Of a DNA stretch of 64,000 bases, positions 1-11,794 are shown piece by piece (position 1 is the first letter of the stretch; every line of letters starts with the position of its first letter). This stretch comes from Escherichia coli. Its GTDB lineage: Bacteria; Pseudomonadota; Gammaproteobacteria; Enterobacterales; Enterobacteriaceae. Location of the stretch: NCBI RefSeq assembly GCF_003334385.1, contig NZ_QOWN01000014.1, one strand, 5' to 3'. The notes beneath the pieces are model-generated. The model was not told where the DNA came from. It was given only the letters and a program-made list of their open reading frames with translations, and did no database searches. A program made the position numbers and the translations under genes.

Positions 1-320
<320 letters not shown>

Positions 321-383
321 GCCTCTCATCTGTATAAATTTCGAACTACACTTAACTGGCTTCTCTTAACTGAGGTCACCATC

Positions 384-827
384 ATGCCGTTAAGTCCCTA
401 CCTCTCTTTTGCCGGTAACTGTTCCGACGCGATTGCCTATTATCAACGTACGTTGGGCGCGGAACTGCTCTATAAAATCAGCTTCGGCGAAATGCCAAAA
501 TCAGCGCAGGACAGCGCCGAGAACTGCCCTTCCGGAATGCAATTTCCCGATACCGCCATCGCCCACGCCAATGTGCGCATTGCCGGAAGCGACATCATGA
601 TGAGCGATGCCATGCCGTCAGGAAAAGCCAGCTACTCCGGCTTTACGCTGGTGCTCGATTCGCAACAGGTCGAAGAAGGAAAACGCTGGTTTGACAATCT
701 TGCCGCTAACGGAAAAATCGAAATGGCCTGGCAGGAAACTTTCTGGGCGCATGGCTTTGGCAAAGTCACCGATAAATTTGGCGTACCGTGGATGATTAAT
801 GTCGTCAAACAACAACCAACGCAATAA
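384..827 (+). CDS. yjdN: YjdN/PhnB, glyoxalase-like (VOC superfamily) protein
   Basis: 147-aa ORF MPLSPYLSFAGNCSDAIAYYQ... recognised as PhnB/YjdN; position immediately upstream of phnC. Confidence 0.85.
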   Translation: MPLSPYLSFAGNCSDAIAYYQRTLGAELLYKISFGEMPKSAQDSAENCPSGMQFPDTAIAHANVRIAGSDIMMSDAMPSGKASYSGFTLVLDSQQVEEGKRWFDNLAANGKIEMAWQETFWAHGFGKVTDKFGVPWMINVVKQQPTQ

Positions 828-853
828 CCCGCCGGGAGGCCCGCCCTCCCGCA

Positions 854-920
854 CTGTCATCGAATTCCCGTTAACTCTTCATCTGTTAGTCACTTTTAAT
901 TAACCAAATCGTCACAATAA
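854..920 (+). promoter_or_regulatory. phnC promoter region with Pho box (PhoB-binding CTGTxA-type direct repeats) preceding the -10
   Basis: CTGTCAT at 854-860 and CTGTTAGTCACTTTTAATTAACCAAATCGTCACAAT at 883-918, about 40 bp upstream of the phnC ATG; the phn operon is a classic Pho regulon member. Confidence 0.55.
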
Positions 921-959
921 TCCGCCACGATGGAGCCACTTTTTTAGGGAGGCTGCATC

Positions 960-1748
960 ATGCAAACGATTATCCGTGTCGAGAAGCTCGCCAAAACCTT
1001 CAATCAGCATCAGGCGCTGCATGCGGTTGATCTGAACATTCATCACGGTGAAATGGTGGCTCTGCTTGGGCCGTCGGGTTCCGGAAAATCCACCCTTTTA
1101 CGTCACTTAAGCGGTTTGATTACCGGCGATAAATCTGTCGGTAGCCATATCGAGCTGCTGGGCCGCACAGTCCAGCGCGAAGGCCGCCTGGCCCGCGATA
1201 TCCGCAAAAGCCGCGCCCATACCGGCTACATATTCCAACAATTCAACCTGGTGAACCGCCTGAGCGTACTGGAGAACGTGCTGATTGGCGCGCTCGGCAG
1301 CACGCCGTTCTGGCGCACCTGTTTTAGCTGGTTCACCGGCGAGCAGAAACAGCGCGCGTTACAGGCGCTGACCCGCGTTGGCATGGTGCATTTTGCCCAT
1401 CAGCGCGTTTCCACCCTCTCCGGCGGCCAGCAGCAACGTGTGGCGATTGCCCGTGCGCTGATGCAGCAGGCGAAAGTGATTCTGGCCAATGAACCCATCG
1501 CCTCGCTGGACCCAGAATCAGCGCGCATCGTGATGGACACCCTGCGCGACATCAACCAGAACGACGGCATCACCGTGGTCGTCACGCTGCATCAGGTGGA
1601 TTACGCCCTGCGCTACTGCGAACGCATCGTCGCCCTGCGCCAGGGGCACGTCTTCTACGACGGCAGCAGCCAACAGTTTGATAACGAACGTTTTGACCAT
1701 CTCTACCGCAGCATTAACCGCGTCGAAGAGAACGCGAAAGCTGCCTGA
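960..1748 (+). CDS. phnC: Phosphonate ABC transporter ATP-binding protein PhnC
   Basis: 262-aa ORF with Walker [10 protein letters not shown] and ABC signature LSGGQQQR; matches PhnC. Confidence 0.95.
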   Translation: MQTIIRVEKLAKTFNQHQALHAVDLNIHHGEMVALLGPSGSGKSTLLRHLSGLITGDKSVGSHIELLGRTVQREGRLARDIRKSRAHTGYIFQQFNLVNRLSVLENVLIGALGSTPFWRTCFSWFTGEQKQRALQALTRVGMVHFAHQRVSTLSGGQQQRVAIARALMQQAKVILANEPIASLDPESARIVMDTLRDINQNDGITVVVTLHQVDYALRYCERIVALRQGHVFYDGSSQQFDNERFDHLYRSINRVEENAKAA

Positions 1749-1772
1749 CATCCCCATCATTGAGGAAAACGA

Positions 1773-2789
1773 ATGAACGCTAAGATAATTGCCTCGCTGG
1801 CCTTCACCAGCATGTTCAGCCTCAGCACCCTGTTAAGCCCGGCGCACGCCGAAGAGCAGGAAAAGGCGTTGAATTTCGGCATTATTTCAACGGAATCACA
1901 GCAAAACCTGAAACCGCAATGGACGCCGTTCTTGCAGGATATGGAGAAGAAGCTGGGCGTGAAGGTCAACGCCTTCTTTGCCCCGGACTACGCGGGCATT
2001 ATCCAGGGGATGCGCTTCAATAAAGTGGATATCGCCTGGTACGGCAATCTGTCGGCGATGGAAGCGGTGGATCGCGCCAATGGCCAGGTCTTCGCCCAGA
2101 CGGTCGCGGCGGATGGATCGCCGGGTTACTGGAGCGTGTTGATCGTCAACAAAGACAGTCCGATCAACAACCTGAACGATCTGCTGGCGAAGCGGAAAGA
2201 TCTCACCTTTGGCAATGGCGATCCTAACTCCACCTCTGGCTTCCTCGTCCCCGGCTACTACGTCTTCGCCAAAAACAATATCTCCGCCAGCGACTTCAAG
2301 CGCACCGTCAACGCCGGGCATGAAACCAACGCGCTGGCCGTCGCCAACAAGCAGGTGGATGTTGCCACCAACAACACCGAAAACCTCGACAAGCTGAAAA
2401 CCTCCGCGCCAGAGAAGCTGAAAGAACTGAAGGTGATCTGGAAGTCGCCGCTGATCCCAGGCGATCCGATCGTCTGGCGCAAGAATCTTTCCGAAACCAC
2501 CAAAGACAAGATCTACGACTTCTTTATGAACTACGGCAAAACGCCGGAAGAAAAAGCGGTGCTGGAACGCCTGGGCTGGGCGCCATTCCGCGCTTCCAGC
2601 GACCTGCAACTGGTGCCGATTCGCCAGCTCGCGCTGTTTAAAGAGATGCAGGGCGTGAAAAGCAATAAAGGACTGAATGAGCAGGACAAGCTGGCAAAAA
2701 CCACCGAGATTCAGGCGCAGCTGGATGACCTGGACCGCCTGAACAACGCGCTAAGCGCGATGAGTTCGGTGAGTAAAGCGGTGCAGTAA
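1773..2789 (+). CDS. phnD: Phosphonate ABC transporter periplasmic binding protein PhnD
   Basis: 338-aa ORF with N-terminal signal peptide (…LLSPAHA/EEQ); matches PhnD. Confidence 0.95.
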   Translation: MNAKIIASLAFTSMFSLSTLLSPAHAEEQEKALNFGIISTESQQNLKPQWTPFLQDMEKKLGVKVNAFFAPDYAGIIQGMRFNKVDIAWYGNLSAMEAVDRANGQVFAQTVAADGSPGYWSVLIVNKDSPINNLNDLLAKRKDLTFGNGDPNSTSGFLVPGYYVFAKNNISASDFKRTVNAGHETNALAVANKQVDVATNNTENLDKLKTSAPEKLKELKVIWKSPLIPGDPIVWRKNLSETTKDKIYDFFMNYGKTPEEKAVLERLGWAPFRASSDLQLVPIRQLALFKEMQGVKSNKGLNEQDKLAKTTEIQAQLDDLDRLNNALSAMSSVSKAVQ

Positions 2790-2791
2790 AT

Positions 2792-2884
2792 CGTAGGTCG
2801 GATAAGACGCCCCGGCGTCGCATCCGACAATGTGCAGGCGTTGATGCCGGATGCGGTGCAAGCACCTTATCCGGCCTACAGACC
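2792..2884. repeat. REP/BIME element between phnD and phnE
   Basis: GTAGGTCGGATAAGACGC…GCGTCGCATCCGACA and GATGCCGGATGCGG…CCTTATCCGGCCTACA palindromic units. Confidence 0.8.
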
Positions 2885-2894
2885 GGAGCCAAAC

Positions 2895-3682
2895 ATGCAA
2901 ACCATCACCATCGCCCCACCCAAGCGCAGCTGGTTCTCGCTTCTGAGCTGGGCCGTTGTACTCGCCGTGTTGGTCGTCTCGTGGCAGGGCGCGGAAATGG
3001 CCCCGCTTACGCTGATCAAAGACGGCGGCAACATGGCGACGTTCGCCGCCGACTTCTTCCCGCCCGATTTCAGCCAGTGGCAGGATTACCTCACCGAAAT
3101 GGCCGTCACGCTGCAAATCGCCGTCTGGGGCACCGCGCTGGCGGTGGTTCTCTCCATCCCCTTTGGCCTGATGAGCGCCGAAAACCTGGTGCCGTGGTGG
3201 GTTTACCAGCCCGTTCGCCGCCTGATGGACGCCTGCCGCGCCATTAACGAAATGGTCTTCGCCATGCTGTTCGTGGTCGCCGTCGGCCTCGGCCCGTTCG
3301 CTGGCGTGCTGGCGTGCTGGCGCTGTTTATCCACACCACCGGCGTGCTCTCCAAGCTGCTTTCCGAAGCGGTGGAAGCGATTGAACCCGGCCCGGTGGAA
3401 GGCATTCGCGCCACCGGTGCCAACAAGCTCGAAGAGATCCTCTACGGCGTGCTGCCACAGGTGATGCCACTGCTGATCTCCTACTCCCTCTATCGCTTCG
3501 AATCCAACGTCCGCTCGGCGACCGTCGTCGGCATGGTCGGCGCAGGCGGGATCGGCGTCACCCTGTGGGAAGCGATTCGCGGTTTCCAGTTCCAACAAAC
3601 CTGCGCCCTGATGGTGCTTATCATCGTCACGGTCAGCCTGCTGGATTTCCTCTCTCAACGGTTGCGTAAGCACTTTATCTGA
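2895..3682 (+). pseudogene. phnE: phnE (phosphonate ABC permease) inactivated by an 8-bp tandem duplication frameshift
   Basis: ORF from ATG 2895 ([13 protein letters not shown]…) leaves frame at ctggcgtg-ctggcgtg (3301-3316); PhnE C-terminal sequence continues in the +2 frame (ORF 3314..3682, …[23 protein letters not shown]…RLRKHFI). Confidence 0.9.
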
Positions 3683-3702
3683 TAAGCGAGGCATTGATAT
3701 CT

Positions 3703-4428
3703 ATGCACTTGTCTACACATCCGACCAGCTACCCAACACGCTATCAAGAGATAGCCGCAAAACTTGAGCAGGAGCTTCGTCAACACTACCGCTGCGGCGA
3801 CTATCTTCCCGCCGAGCAGCAACTGGCAGCGCGCTTTGAGGTGAATCGCCACACCCTGCGCCGCGCCATCGACCAACTGGTGGAAAAAGGCTGGGTACAG
3901 CGCCGTCAGGGCGTCGGCGTGCTGGTGCTGATGCGCCCGTTCGATTACCCGCTCAACGCCCAGGCGCGTTTTAGCCAGAATCTGCTGGATCAGGGCAGCC
4001 ATCCCACCAGCGAAAAACTGCTTTCGGTATTGCGCCCCGCGTCCGGCCACGTCGCTGACGCACTGGGGATTACCGAGGGGGAGAACGTCATCCACCTGCG
4101 CACCCTGCGTCGTGTCAACGGCGTCGCGCTCTGTTTAATCGACCACTACTTCGCGGACCTCACCCTCTGGCCGACGCTGCAACGCTTCGACAGCGGCTCG
4201 CTGCACGATTTTCTGCGCGAGCAAACCGGAATTGCGCTGCGCCGCAGCCAGACGCGGATCAGCGCCCGCCGCGCCCAGGCCAAAGAGTGCCAGCGTCTTG
4301 AAATCCCGAATATGTCGCCGCTGCTGTGCGTGCGCACCCTTAACCACCGTGACGGTGAAAGCAGCCCGGCGGAGTACTCCGTCAGCCTGACGCGCGCCGA
4401 CATGATTGAATTCACTATGGAGCACTGA
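3703..4428 (+). CDS. phnF: GntR-family transcriptional regulator PhnF
   Basis: ORF MHLSTHPTSYPTRYQEIAAKLEQELR… with GntR-type HTH; ATG at 3703 chosen over the upstream TTG of the ORF track. Confidence 0.9.
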   Translation: MHLSTHPTSYPTRYQEIAAKLEQELRQHYRCGDYLPAEQQLAARFEVNRHTLRRAIDQLVEKGWVQRRQGVGVLVLMRPFDYPLNAQARFSQNLLDQGSHPTSEKLLSVLRPASGHVADALGITEGENVIHLRTLRRVNGVALCLIDHYFADLTLWPTLQRFDSGSLHDFLREQTGIALRRSQTRISARRAQAKECQRLEIPNMSPLLCVRTLNHRDGESSPAEYSVSLTRADMIEFTMEH

Positions 4429-4881
4429 ATGCACGCAGATACCGCGACCCGCCAGCACTGGATGTCCGTGCTGGCGCACAGCCAACCGGCTGAACTGGCA
4501 GCACGCCTGAACGCGCTAAACATCACCGCCGACTATGAGGTGATCCGCGCCGCTGAAACTGGCCTGGTACAGATTCAGGCGCGGATGGGCGGCACCGGCG
4601 AACGTTTTTTTGCCGGCGACGCCACGCTGACCCGCGCCGCCGTGCGCCTGACTGACGGCACGCTCGGCTACAGCTGGGTGCAGGGGCGTGATAAACAGCA
4701 CGCCGAACGCTGCGCGCTGATTGACGCGCTGATGCAGCAATCTCGCCACTTTCAAAACTTATCAGAAACCCTTATTGCCCCGCTGGACGCTGACCGTATG
4801 GCACGCATTGCCGCACGCCAGGCCGAAGTGAACGCCAGCCGGGTCGACTTCTTTACGATGGTTCGCGGAGACAACGCATGA
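4429..4881 (+). CDS. phnG: C-P lyase core complex subunit PhnG
   Basis: 150-aa [30 protein letters not shown]…; operon position. Confidence 0.9.
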
Positions 4882-5462
4882 CCCTGGAAACCGCTTTTAT
4901 GCTTCCCGTGCAGGATGCCCAGCACAGTTTTCGTCGCCTGTTAAAGGCCATGAGCGAGCCGGGCGTGATTGTCGCCCTGCATCAGCTCAAACGCGGCTGG
5001 CAACCGCTGAATATCGCCACCACCAGCGTGCTGCTGACGCTGGCCGATAACGACACGCCGGTGTGGCTTTCTACCCCATTAAATAACGATATCGTCAACC
5101 AGAGCCTGCGTTTTCATACCAACGCGCCGCTGGTCAGCCAGCCGGAACAGGCGACCTTCGCGGTGACGGATGAGGCGATTTCCAGCGAACAGCTCAACGC
5201 CCTTTCCACCGGCACCGCCGTTGCGCCGGAAGCGGGTGCGACGCTGATTTTACAGGTCGCCAGCCTGAGCGGCGGACGCATGTTGCGCCTTACTGGTGCG
5301 GGTATTGCCGAAGAACGAATGATCGCTCCGCAGCTGCCGGAGTGCATTCTGCACGAACTCACCGAGCGCCCGCATCCGTTCCCGCTCGGCATCGACCTGA
5401 TCCTGACCTGTGGCGAGCGCCTGCTGGCTATTCCGCGAACCACTCATGTGGAGGTGTGCTGA
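4878..5462 (+). CDS. phnH: C-P lyase core complex subunit PhnH
   Basis: 194-aa [33 protein letters not shown]…; 4-nt overlap with phnG stop. Confidence 0.9.
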
Positions 5463-6520
5463 TGTACGTTGCCGTGAAAGGGGGCGAGAAGGCGATCGAC
5501 GCCGCCCACGCCCTGCAAGAGAGCCGACGCCGAGGCGATACCGATTTGCCCGAACTGAGCGTCGCCCAGATTGAACAGCAGCTTAACCTCGCGGTAGATC
5601 GCGTGATGACCGAAGGCGGCATTGCCGACCGCGAACTGGCGGCGCTGGCGCTGAAACAGGCCAGCGGCGATAACGTTGAAGCGATTTTCCTGCTGCGCGC
5701 CTACCGCACCACGTTGGCGAAGCTGGCGGTAAGCGAGCCGCTCGACACCACCGGGATGCGTCTCGAACGCCGTATCTCCGCCGTTTATAAAGACATTCCC
5801 GGCGGCCAGCTGCTTGGCCCAACCTACGACTACACCCATCGCCTGCTCGATTTTACCCTGCTGGCAAACGGCGAAGCGCCGACGCTGACCACCGCCGACA
5901 GCGAACAGCAGCCGTCGCCGCACGTTTTCAGCCTGCTGGCGCGTCAGGGGCTGGCGAAGTTTGAAGAGGATAGCGGCGCACAGCCGGATGACATCACCCG
6001 CACGCCGCCGGTTTACCCCTGCTCACGCTCCTCCCGTTTGCAGCAGTTGATGCGCGGCGACGAAGGCTATTTGCTGGCGCTGGCCTACTCCACCCAACGC
6101 GGTTACGGGCGCAATCACCCGTTCGCAGGCGAGATCCGCAGCGGCTATATCGACGTGTCGATTGTGCAGGAAGAGCTGGGATTTGCGGTGAACGTCGGCG
6201 AACTGCTGATGACTGAGTGTGAAATGGTTAACGGTTTTATCGACCCGCCGGGTGAGCCGCCGCACTTCACGCGCGGCTACGGGCTGGTGTTCGGCATGAG
6301 CGAGCGCAAAGCGATGGCGCTGGTCGACCGCGCTCTGCAAGCCCCGGAGTACGGCGAGCACGCGACAGGCCCGGCGCAGGATGAAGAGTTCGTGCTGGCA
6401 CATGCCGACAACGTCGAAGCCGCAGGCTTTGTCTCACACCTCAAACTCCCCCACTACGTCGATTTCCAGGCCGAACTGGAGCTACTCAAACGTCTGCAAC
6501 AGGAGCAGAACCATGGCTAA
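5456..6520 (+). CDS. phnI: C-P lyase core complex subunit PhnI (ribosyl-transferring)
   Basis: ORF …[26 protein letters not shown]…; likely GTG start at 5456 (ATG at 5462 is the alternative), overlapping the phnH stop. Confidence 0.88.
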
Positions 6521-7358
6521 TCTGAGCGGCTACAACTTTGCCTACCTCGACGAGCAGACCAAACGCATGATCCGCCGCGCCATCTTAAAAGCGGTGGCGA
6601 TCCCCGGTTATCAGGTGCCGTTTGGCGGGCGCGAGATGCCGATGCCGTACGGCTGGGGAACCGGCGGCATTCAGCTTACCGCCAGCGTGATTGGCGAAAG
6701 CGACGTGCTGAAGGTGATTGACCAGGGCGCGGATGACACCACCAACGCCGTGTCGATTCGCAACTTCTTCAAGCGCGTGACCGGGGTAAACACCACGGAA
6801 CGTACGGACGATGCGACGGTTATCCAGACGCGTCACCGCATCCCCGAAACGCCGCTGACCGAAGATCAGATAATTATCTTCCAGGTGCCAATCCCCGAGC
6901 CGCTGCGCTTTATCGAGCCGCGCGAAACGGAAACCCGCACCATGCACGCGCTGGAAGAGTACGGCGTGATGCAGGTGAAACTGTATGAAGATATCGCCCG
7001 CTTCGGTCATATCGCCACCACCTACGCCTATCCGGTGAAGGTAAATGGGCGCTACGTGATGGACCCGTCGCCGATCCCGAAATTCGATAACCCAAAAATG
7101 GACATGATGCCCGCCCTGCAACTGTTCGGCGCGGGGCGCGAGAAGCGCATCTATGCGGTGCCGCCGTTTACCCGCGTGGAAAGTCTCGATTTCGACGATC
7201 ACCCGTTCACCGTTCAGCAGTGGGATGAGCCATGCGCCATCTGCGGATCGACCCACAGCTATCTTGATGAAGTGGTGCTGGATGACGCCGGAAACCGCAT
7301 GTTTGTCTGCTCCGATACCGATTATTGCCGCCAACAGAGCGAGGCAAAAAACCAATGA
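6513..7358 (+). CDS. phnJ: C-P lyase PhnJ (radical SAM-dependent C-P bond cleavage)
   Basis: [40 protein letters not shown]…CAICGSTHSYLDEVVLDD…; ATG 6513 overlaps the phnI stop. Confidence 0.93.
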   Translation: MANLSGYNFAYLDEQTKRMIRRAILKAVAIPGYQVPFGGREMPMPYGWGTGGIQLTASVIGESDVLKVIDQGADDTTNAVSIRNFFKRVTGVNTTERTDDATVIQTRHRIPETPLTEDQIIIFQVPIPEPLRFIEPRETETRTMHALEEYGVMQVKLYEDIARFGHIATTYAYPVKVNGRYVMDPSPIPKFDNPKMDMMPALQLFGAGREKRIYAVPPFTRVESLDFDDHPFTVQQWDEPCAICGSTHSYLDEVVLDDAGNRMFVCSDTDYCRQQSEAKNQ

Positions 7359-8113
7359 ATCAACCGTTACTTTCGGTCAATAACCTGACCCACCTTTACG
7401 CGCCGGGCAAAGGCTTTAGCGATGTCTCTTTTGATTTATGGCCGGGGGAAGTGCTGGGCATTGTCGGGGAATCCGGCTCCGGGAAGACCACGCTGCTGAA
7501 GTCGATCTCCGCGCGCCTGACGCCGCAGCAGGGGGAAATTCACTACGAGAACCGTTCGCTGTATGCAATGAGCGAGGCCGACCGCCGTCGCCTGCTGCGT
7601 ACCGAATGGGGCGTGGTGCATCAGCATCCACTCGACGGCCTGCGCCGCCAGGTGTCGGCAGGCGGCAATATCGGCGAGCGGCTGATGGCGACCGGGGCAC
7701 GTCATTACGGCGATATTCGTGCCACCGCGCAGAAGTGGCTGGAAGAGGTGGAGATTCCCGCCAACCGGATCGACGACCTGCCGACCACCTTTTCCGGCGG
7801 TATGCAGCAGCGTTTGCAGATTGCCCGCAACCTGGTGACGCATCCGAAGCTGGTGTTTATGGATGAACCGACCGGCGGGCTGGATGTGTCGGTGCAGGCC
7901 CGCCTGCTCGACCTGCTGCGCGGCCTGGTGGTGGAGCTGAACCTCGCGGTGGTGATTGTCACCCATGATTTAGGCGTCGCCCGCCTGCTGGCGGACCGTT
8001 TGCTGGTGATGAAGCAGGGGCAAGTGGTGGAGAGTGGGTTAACCGACCGCGTGCTCGACGACCCGCATCATCCGTATACACAGCTGCTGGTGTCATCGGT
8101 TTTGCAGAATTGA
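7355..8113 (+). CDS. phnK: ABC-type ATPase PhnK (C-P lyase accessory)
   Basis: [18 protein letters not shown]… with Walker [14 protein letters not shown] overlap with phnJ stop. Confidence 0.93.
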
Positions 8114-8117
8114 GCCG

Positions 8118-8212
<95 letters not shown>

Positions 8213-8223
8213 CGAGGCGAAAA

Positions 8224-8904
8224 ATGATTAACGTACAAAACGTCAGTAAAACCTTCATCCTGCACCAGCAAAACGGCGTGCGCCTGCCCGTCCTCAATCG
8301 CGCCTCGCTCACCGTCAACGCGGGCGAATGCGTGGTGCTCCACGGCCATTCCGGCAGCGGCAAATCAACTCTGCTACGCTCGCTGTACGCCAACTATCTG
8401 CCCGACGAAGGTCAAATCCAGATCAAACACGGTGACGAGTGGGTAGACCTGGTCACCGCGCCAGCGCGCAAAGTGGTGGAAATCCGCAAAACCACCGTCG
8501 GCTGGGTGAGCCAGTTTCTGCGCGTCATCCCGCGTATCTCAGCACTGGAAGTGGTGATGCAGCCGCTGCTCGATACCGGCGTTCCGCGTGAAGCCTGCGC
8601 CGCTAAAGCCGCGCGTCTTCTCACCCGCCTGAACGTGCCGGAACGCCTGTGGCACCTGGCACCATCGACATTTTCCGGTGGCGAACAGCAGCGCGTCAAC
8701 ATCGCCCGCGGCTTTATCGTCGACTACCCCATTCTGCTGCTTGACGAACCTACCGCCTCGCTGGACGCCAAAAACAGCGCCGCGGTGGTGGAACTGATTC
8801 GCGAAGCCAAAACCCGTGGCGCAGCCATCGTAGGCATCTTCCATGACGAAGCTGTACGTAATGACGTCGCCGACCGCCTGCACCCAATGGGAGCCTCTTC
8901 ATGA
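8224..8904 (+). CDS. phnL: ABC-type ATPase PhnL (C-P lyase accessory)
   Basis: [27 protein letters not shown]… with Walker [10 protein letters not shown]; the ORF-track upstream extension runs into the REP element, so ATG 8224 is preferred. Confidence 0.9.
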
Positions 8905-10037
8905 TTATCAATAACGTTAAGCTGGTGCTGGAAAACGAGGTGGTAAGCGGTTCGCTGGAGGTGCAGAACGGCGAAATCCGCGCCTTTGCCGAAAGCCAGA
9001 GCCGCCTGCCGGAGGCGATGGACGGCGAAGGCGGCTGGCTGCTGCCGGGGCTGATTGAGCTGCATACCGATAATCTGGATAAATTCTTCACCCCGCGCCC
9101 GAAAGTTGACTGGCCTGCCCACTCGGCGATGAGCAGCCACGACGCGCTGATGGTGGCGAGCGGCATCACCACCGTACTGGATGCCGTGGCAATTGGCGAC
9201 GTGCGCGACGGCGGCGATCGGCTGGAGAATCTGGAGAAGATGATCAACGCCATCGAAGAGACGCAGAAACGCGGCGTCAACCGCGCCGAGCACCGTCTGC
9301 ATCTGCGCTGCGAACTGCCGCATCACACCACGCTGCCGCTGTTTGAAAAACTGGTGCAGCGCGAGCCGGTGACGCTGGTGTCGCTGATGGACCACTCGCC
9401 GGGCCAGCGCCAGTTCGCCAACCGCGAGAAGTATCGCGAATATTATCAGGGCAAATACTCCCTCACTGATGCGCAGATGCAGCAGTACGAAGAAGAGCAA
9501 CTGGCGCTCGCCGCACGCTGGTCGCAGCCGAATCGCGAATCCATCGCCGCCCTGTGCCGCGCGCGAAAAATTGCGCTTGCCAGCCACGATGACGCCACCC
9601 ACGCCCACGTTGCTGAATCTCACCAGCTTGGCAGCGTGATCGCCGAATTTCCCACCACGTTCGAAGCGGCGGAAGCCTCGCGCAAGCATGGCATGAACGT
9701 GCTGATGGGCGCGCCGAATATTGTGCGCGGCGGCTCGCACTCCGGCAACGTGGCGGCCAGTGAACTGGCGCAGCTTGGCCTGCTGGATATCCTCTCTTCC
9801 GACTACTACCCCGCCAGCCTGCTCGATGCGGCATTTCGCGTCGCCGATGACCAGAGCAACCGCTTTACGCTGCCGCAGGCGGTGAAGCTGGTGACTAAAA
9901 ATCCAGCGCAGGCGCTTAATCTCCAGGATCGCGGGGTGATTGGCGAGGGCAAACGCGCCGACCTGGTGCTGGCGCATCGCAAGGACAATCATATTCATAT
10001 CGACCACGTCTGGCGTCAGGGTAAAAGGGTGTTCTGA
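8901..10037 (+). CDS. phnM: PhnM, amidohydrolase-family RPnTP diphosphatase
   Basis: 378-aa [32 protein letters not shown]… with metal-dependent hydrolase HTD motif (LHTDNLDKF). Confidence 0.92.
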
Positions 10038-10594
10038 TGATGGGAAAACTGATTTGGTTAATGGGGCCGTCCGGCTCCGGGAAAGACAGCCTGCTGGCGG
10101 AACTCCGCCTGCGGGAACAAACTCAGTTACTGGTGGCGCATCGCTACATCACGCGCGATGCCAGCGCCGGAAGTGAAAACCATATCGCCCTGAGCGAGCA
10201 GGAGTTTTTTACCCGCGCGGGGCAAAATCTGTTGGCCTTAAGCTGGCACGCTAACGGTCTGTATTATGGCGTCGGCGTCGAGATTGATCTCTGGCTGCAC
10301 GCCGGATTCGACGTGCTGGTCAACGGCTCACGCGCCCATCTGCCGCAGGCGCGGGCGCGCTATCAATCGGCGCTGCTGCCCGTCTGTTTACAGGTTTCGC
10401 CGGAGATCCTCCGCCAGCGCCTGGAAAACCGTGGCCGTGAAAACGCCAGTGAAATTAACGCCCGCCTGGCGCGCGCCGCCCGCTATACTCCACAGGATTG
10501 CCATACGCTCAACAATGACGGCAGCCTGCGCCAGTCGGTCGACACGCTGCTGACGCTGATCCATCAGAAGGAGAAACACCATGCCTGCTTGTGA
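10037..10594 (+). CDS. phnN: Ribose 1,5-bisphosphate phosphokinase PhnN
   Basis: 185-aa ORF with P-loop [14 protein letters not shown] overlap with phnM. Confidence 0.92.
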
Positions 10595-11015
10595 GCTTCG
10601 CCCGGCCACGCAGTACGACACCGACGCGGTTTACGCGCTGATTTGTGAGCTAAAACAGGCGGAGTTTGACCACCACGCGTTTCGCGTGGGTTTTAACGCC
10701 AATCTGCGCGACCCAAACATGCGCTACCATCTGGCGCTGCTTGATGGCGAAGTTGTCGGCATGATCGGCCTGCATTTGCAGTTTCATCTGCATCATGTCA
10801 ACTGGATCGGCGAAATTCAGGAGTTGGTGGTAATGCCGCAGGCGCGCGGTCTGAACGTCGGCAGTAAGTTACTGGCGTGGGCAGAAGAAGAAGCCCGCCA
10901 GGCCGGGGCCGAAATGACCGAACTTTCGACCAACGTGAAGCGCCACGACGCGCACCGTTTCTATCTGCGCGAAGGCTACGAGCAGAGCCACTTCCGCTTC
11001 ACCAAGGCGCTGTAA
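10581..11015 (+). CDS. phnO: Aminoalkylphosphonate N-acetyltransferase PhnO (GNAT)
   Basis: 144-aa [35 protein letters not shown]…. Confidence 0.92.
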
Positions 11016-11016
11016 C

Positions 11017-11775
11017 ATGAGCCTGACCCTCACGCTCACCGGCACCGGCGGCGCACAGGGCGTTCCGGCATGGGGCTGCGAGTGTGCGGCCTGCGCCAGA
11101 GCGCGGCGCTCGCCGCAGTATCGCCGCCAACCGTGCAGCGGCGTAGTGAAGTTTAACGACGCAATCACCCTGATCGACGCCGGGCTGCACGATCTCGCCG
11201 ATCGCTGGTCGCCCGGATCGTTCCAGCAGTTTTTGCTGACGCATTATCATATGGATCACGTCCAGGGGCTGTTTCCGCTGCGCTGGGGCGTTGGCGATCC
11301 GATCCCGGTTTACGGCCCGCCGGATGAACAGGGCTGCGACGATCTGTTTAAACATCCGGGCCTGCTTGATTTCAGCCACACGGTGGAACCGTTTGTGGTG
11401 TTTGATTTGCAGGGGTTACAGGTCACGCCCCTGCCGCTCAACCACTCAAAACTGACCTTCGGTTATCTGCTGGAAACGGCACACAGCCGGGTGGCGTGGC
11501 TGTCTGACACCGCAGGCTTACCGGAAAAAACGCTGAAATTTTTACGCAATAATCAGCCGCAGGTAATGGTGATGGATTGCAGTCACCCGCCGCGCGCGGA
11601 TGCACCGCGTAATCACTGTGATTTAAATACCGTGCTTGCGCTGAATCAGGTTATCCGCTCGCCACGGGTGATTCTGACCCATATCAGCCACCAGTTTGAT
11701 GCGTGGCTGATGGAAAACGCACTACCGTCAGGGTTTGAGGTGGGGTTTGATGGGATGGAGATTGGGGTGGCGTGA
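11017..11775 (+). CDS. phnP: Phosphoribosyl 1,2-cyclic phosphate phosphodiesterase PhnP (metallo-beta-lactamase fold)
   Basis: 252-aa ORF with HxHxDH motif ([11 protein letters not shown]). Confidence 0.92.
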
Positions 11776-11794
11776 TGAGAGGGAATGTGCGCGC

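Noticed and set aside
8724-10007. Long minus-strand ORF (427 aa) antisense to phnL/phnM, and similar long antisense ORFs at 1896..2609, 6585..7355, 20233..21516 and 38950..40113
   Set aside because: All lie entirely inside well-supported sense genes (phnD, phnJ, phnM, yjcS, acs). Their translations are Arg/Ala/Gly/His-rich low-complexity sequence typical of stop-codon-poor antisense frames in GC-rich coding DNA, with no recognisable domains or ribosome-binding sites.
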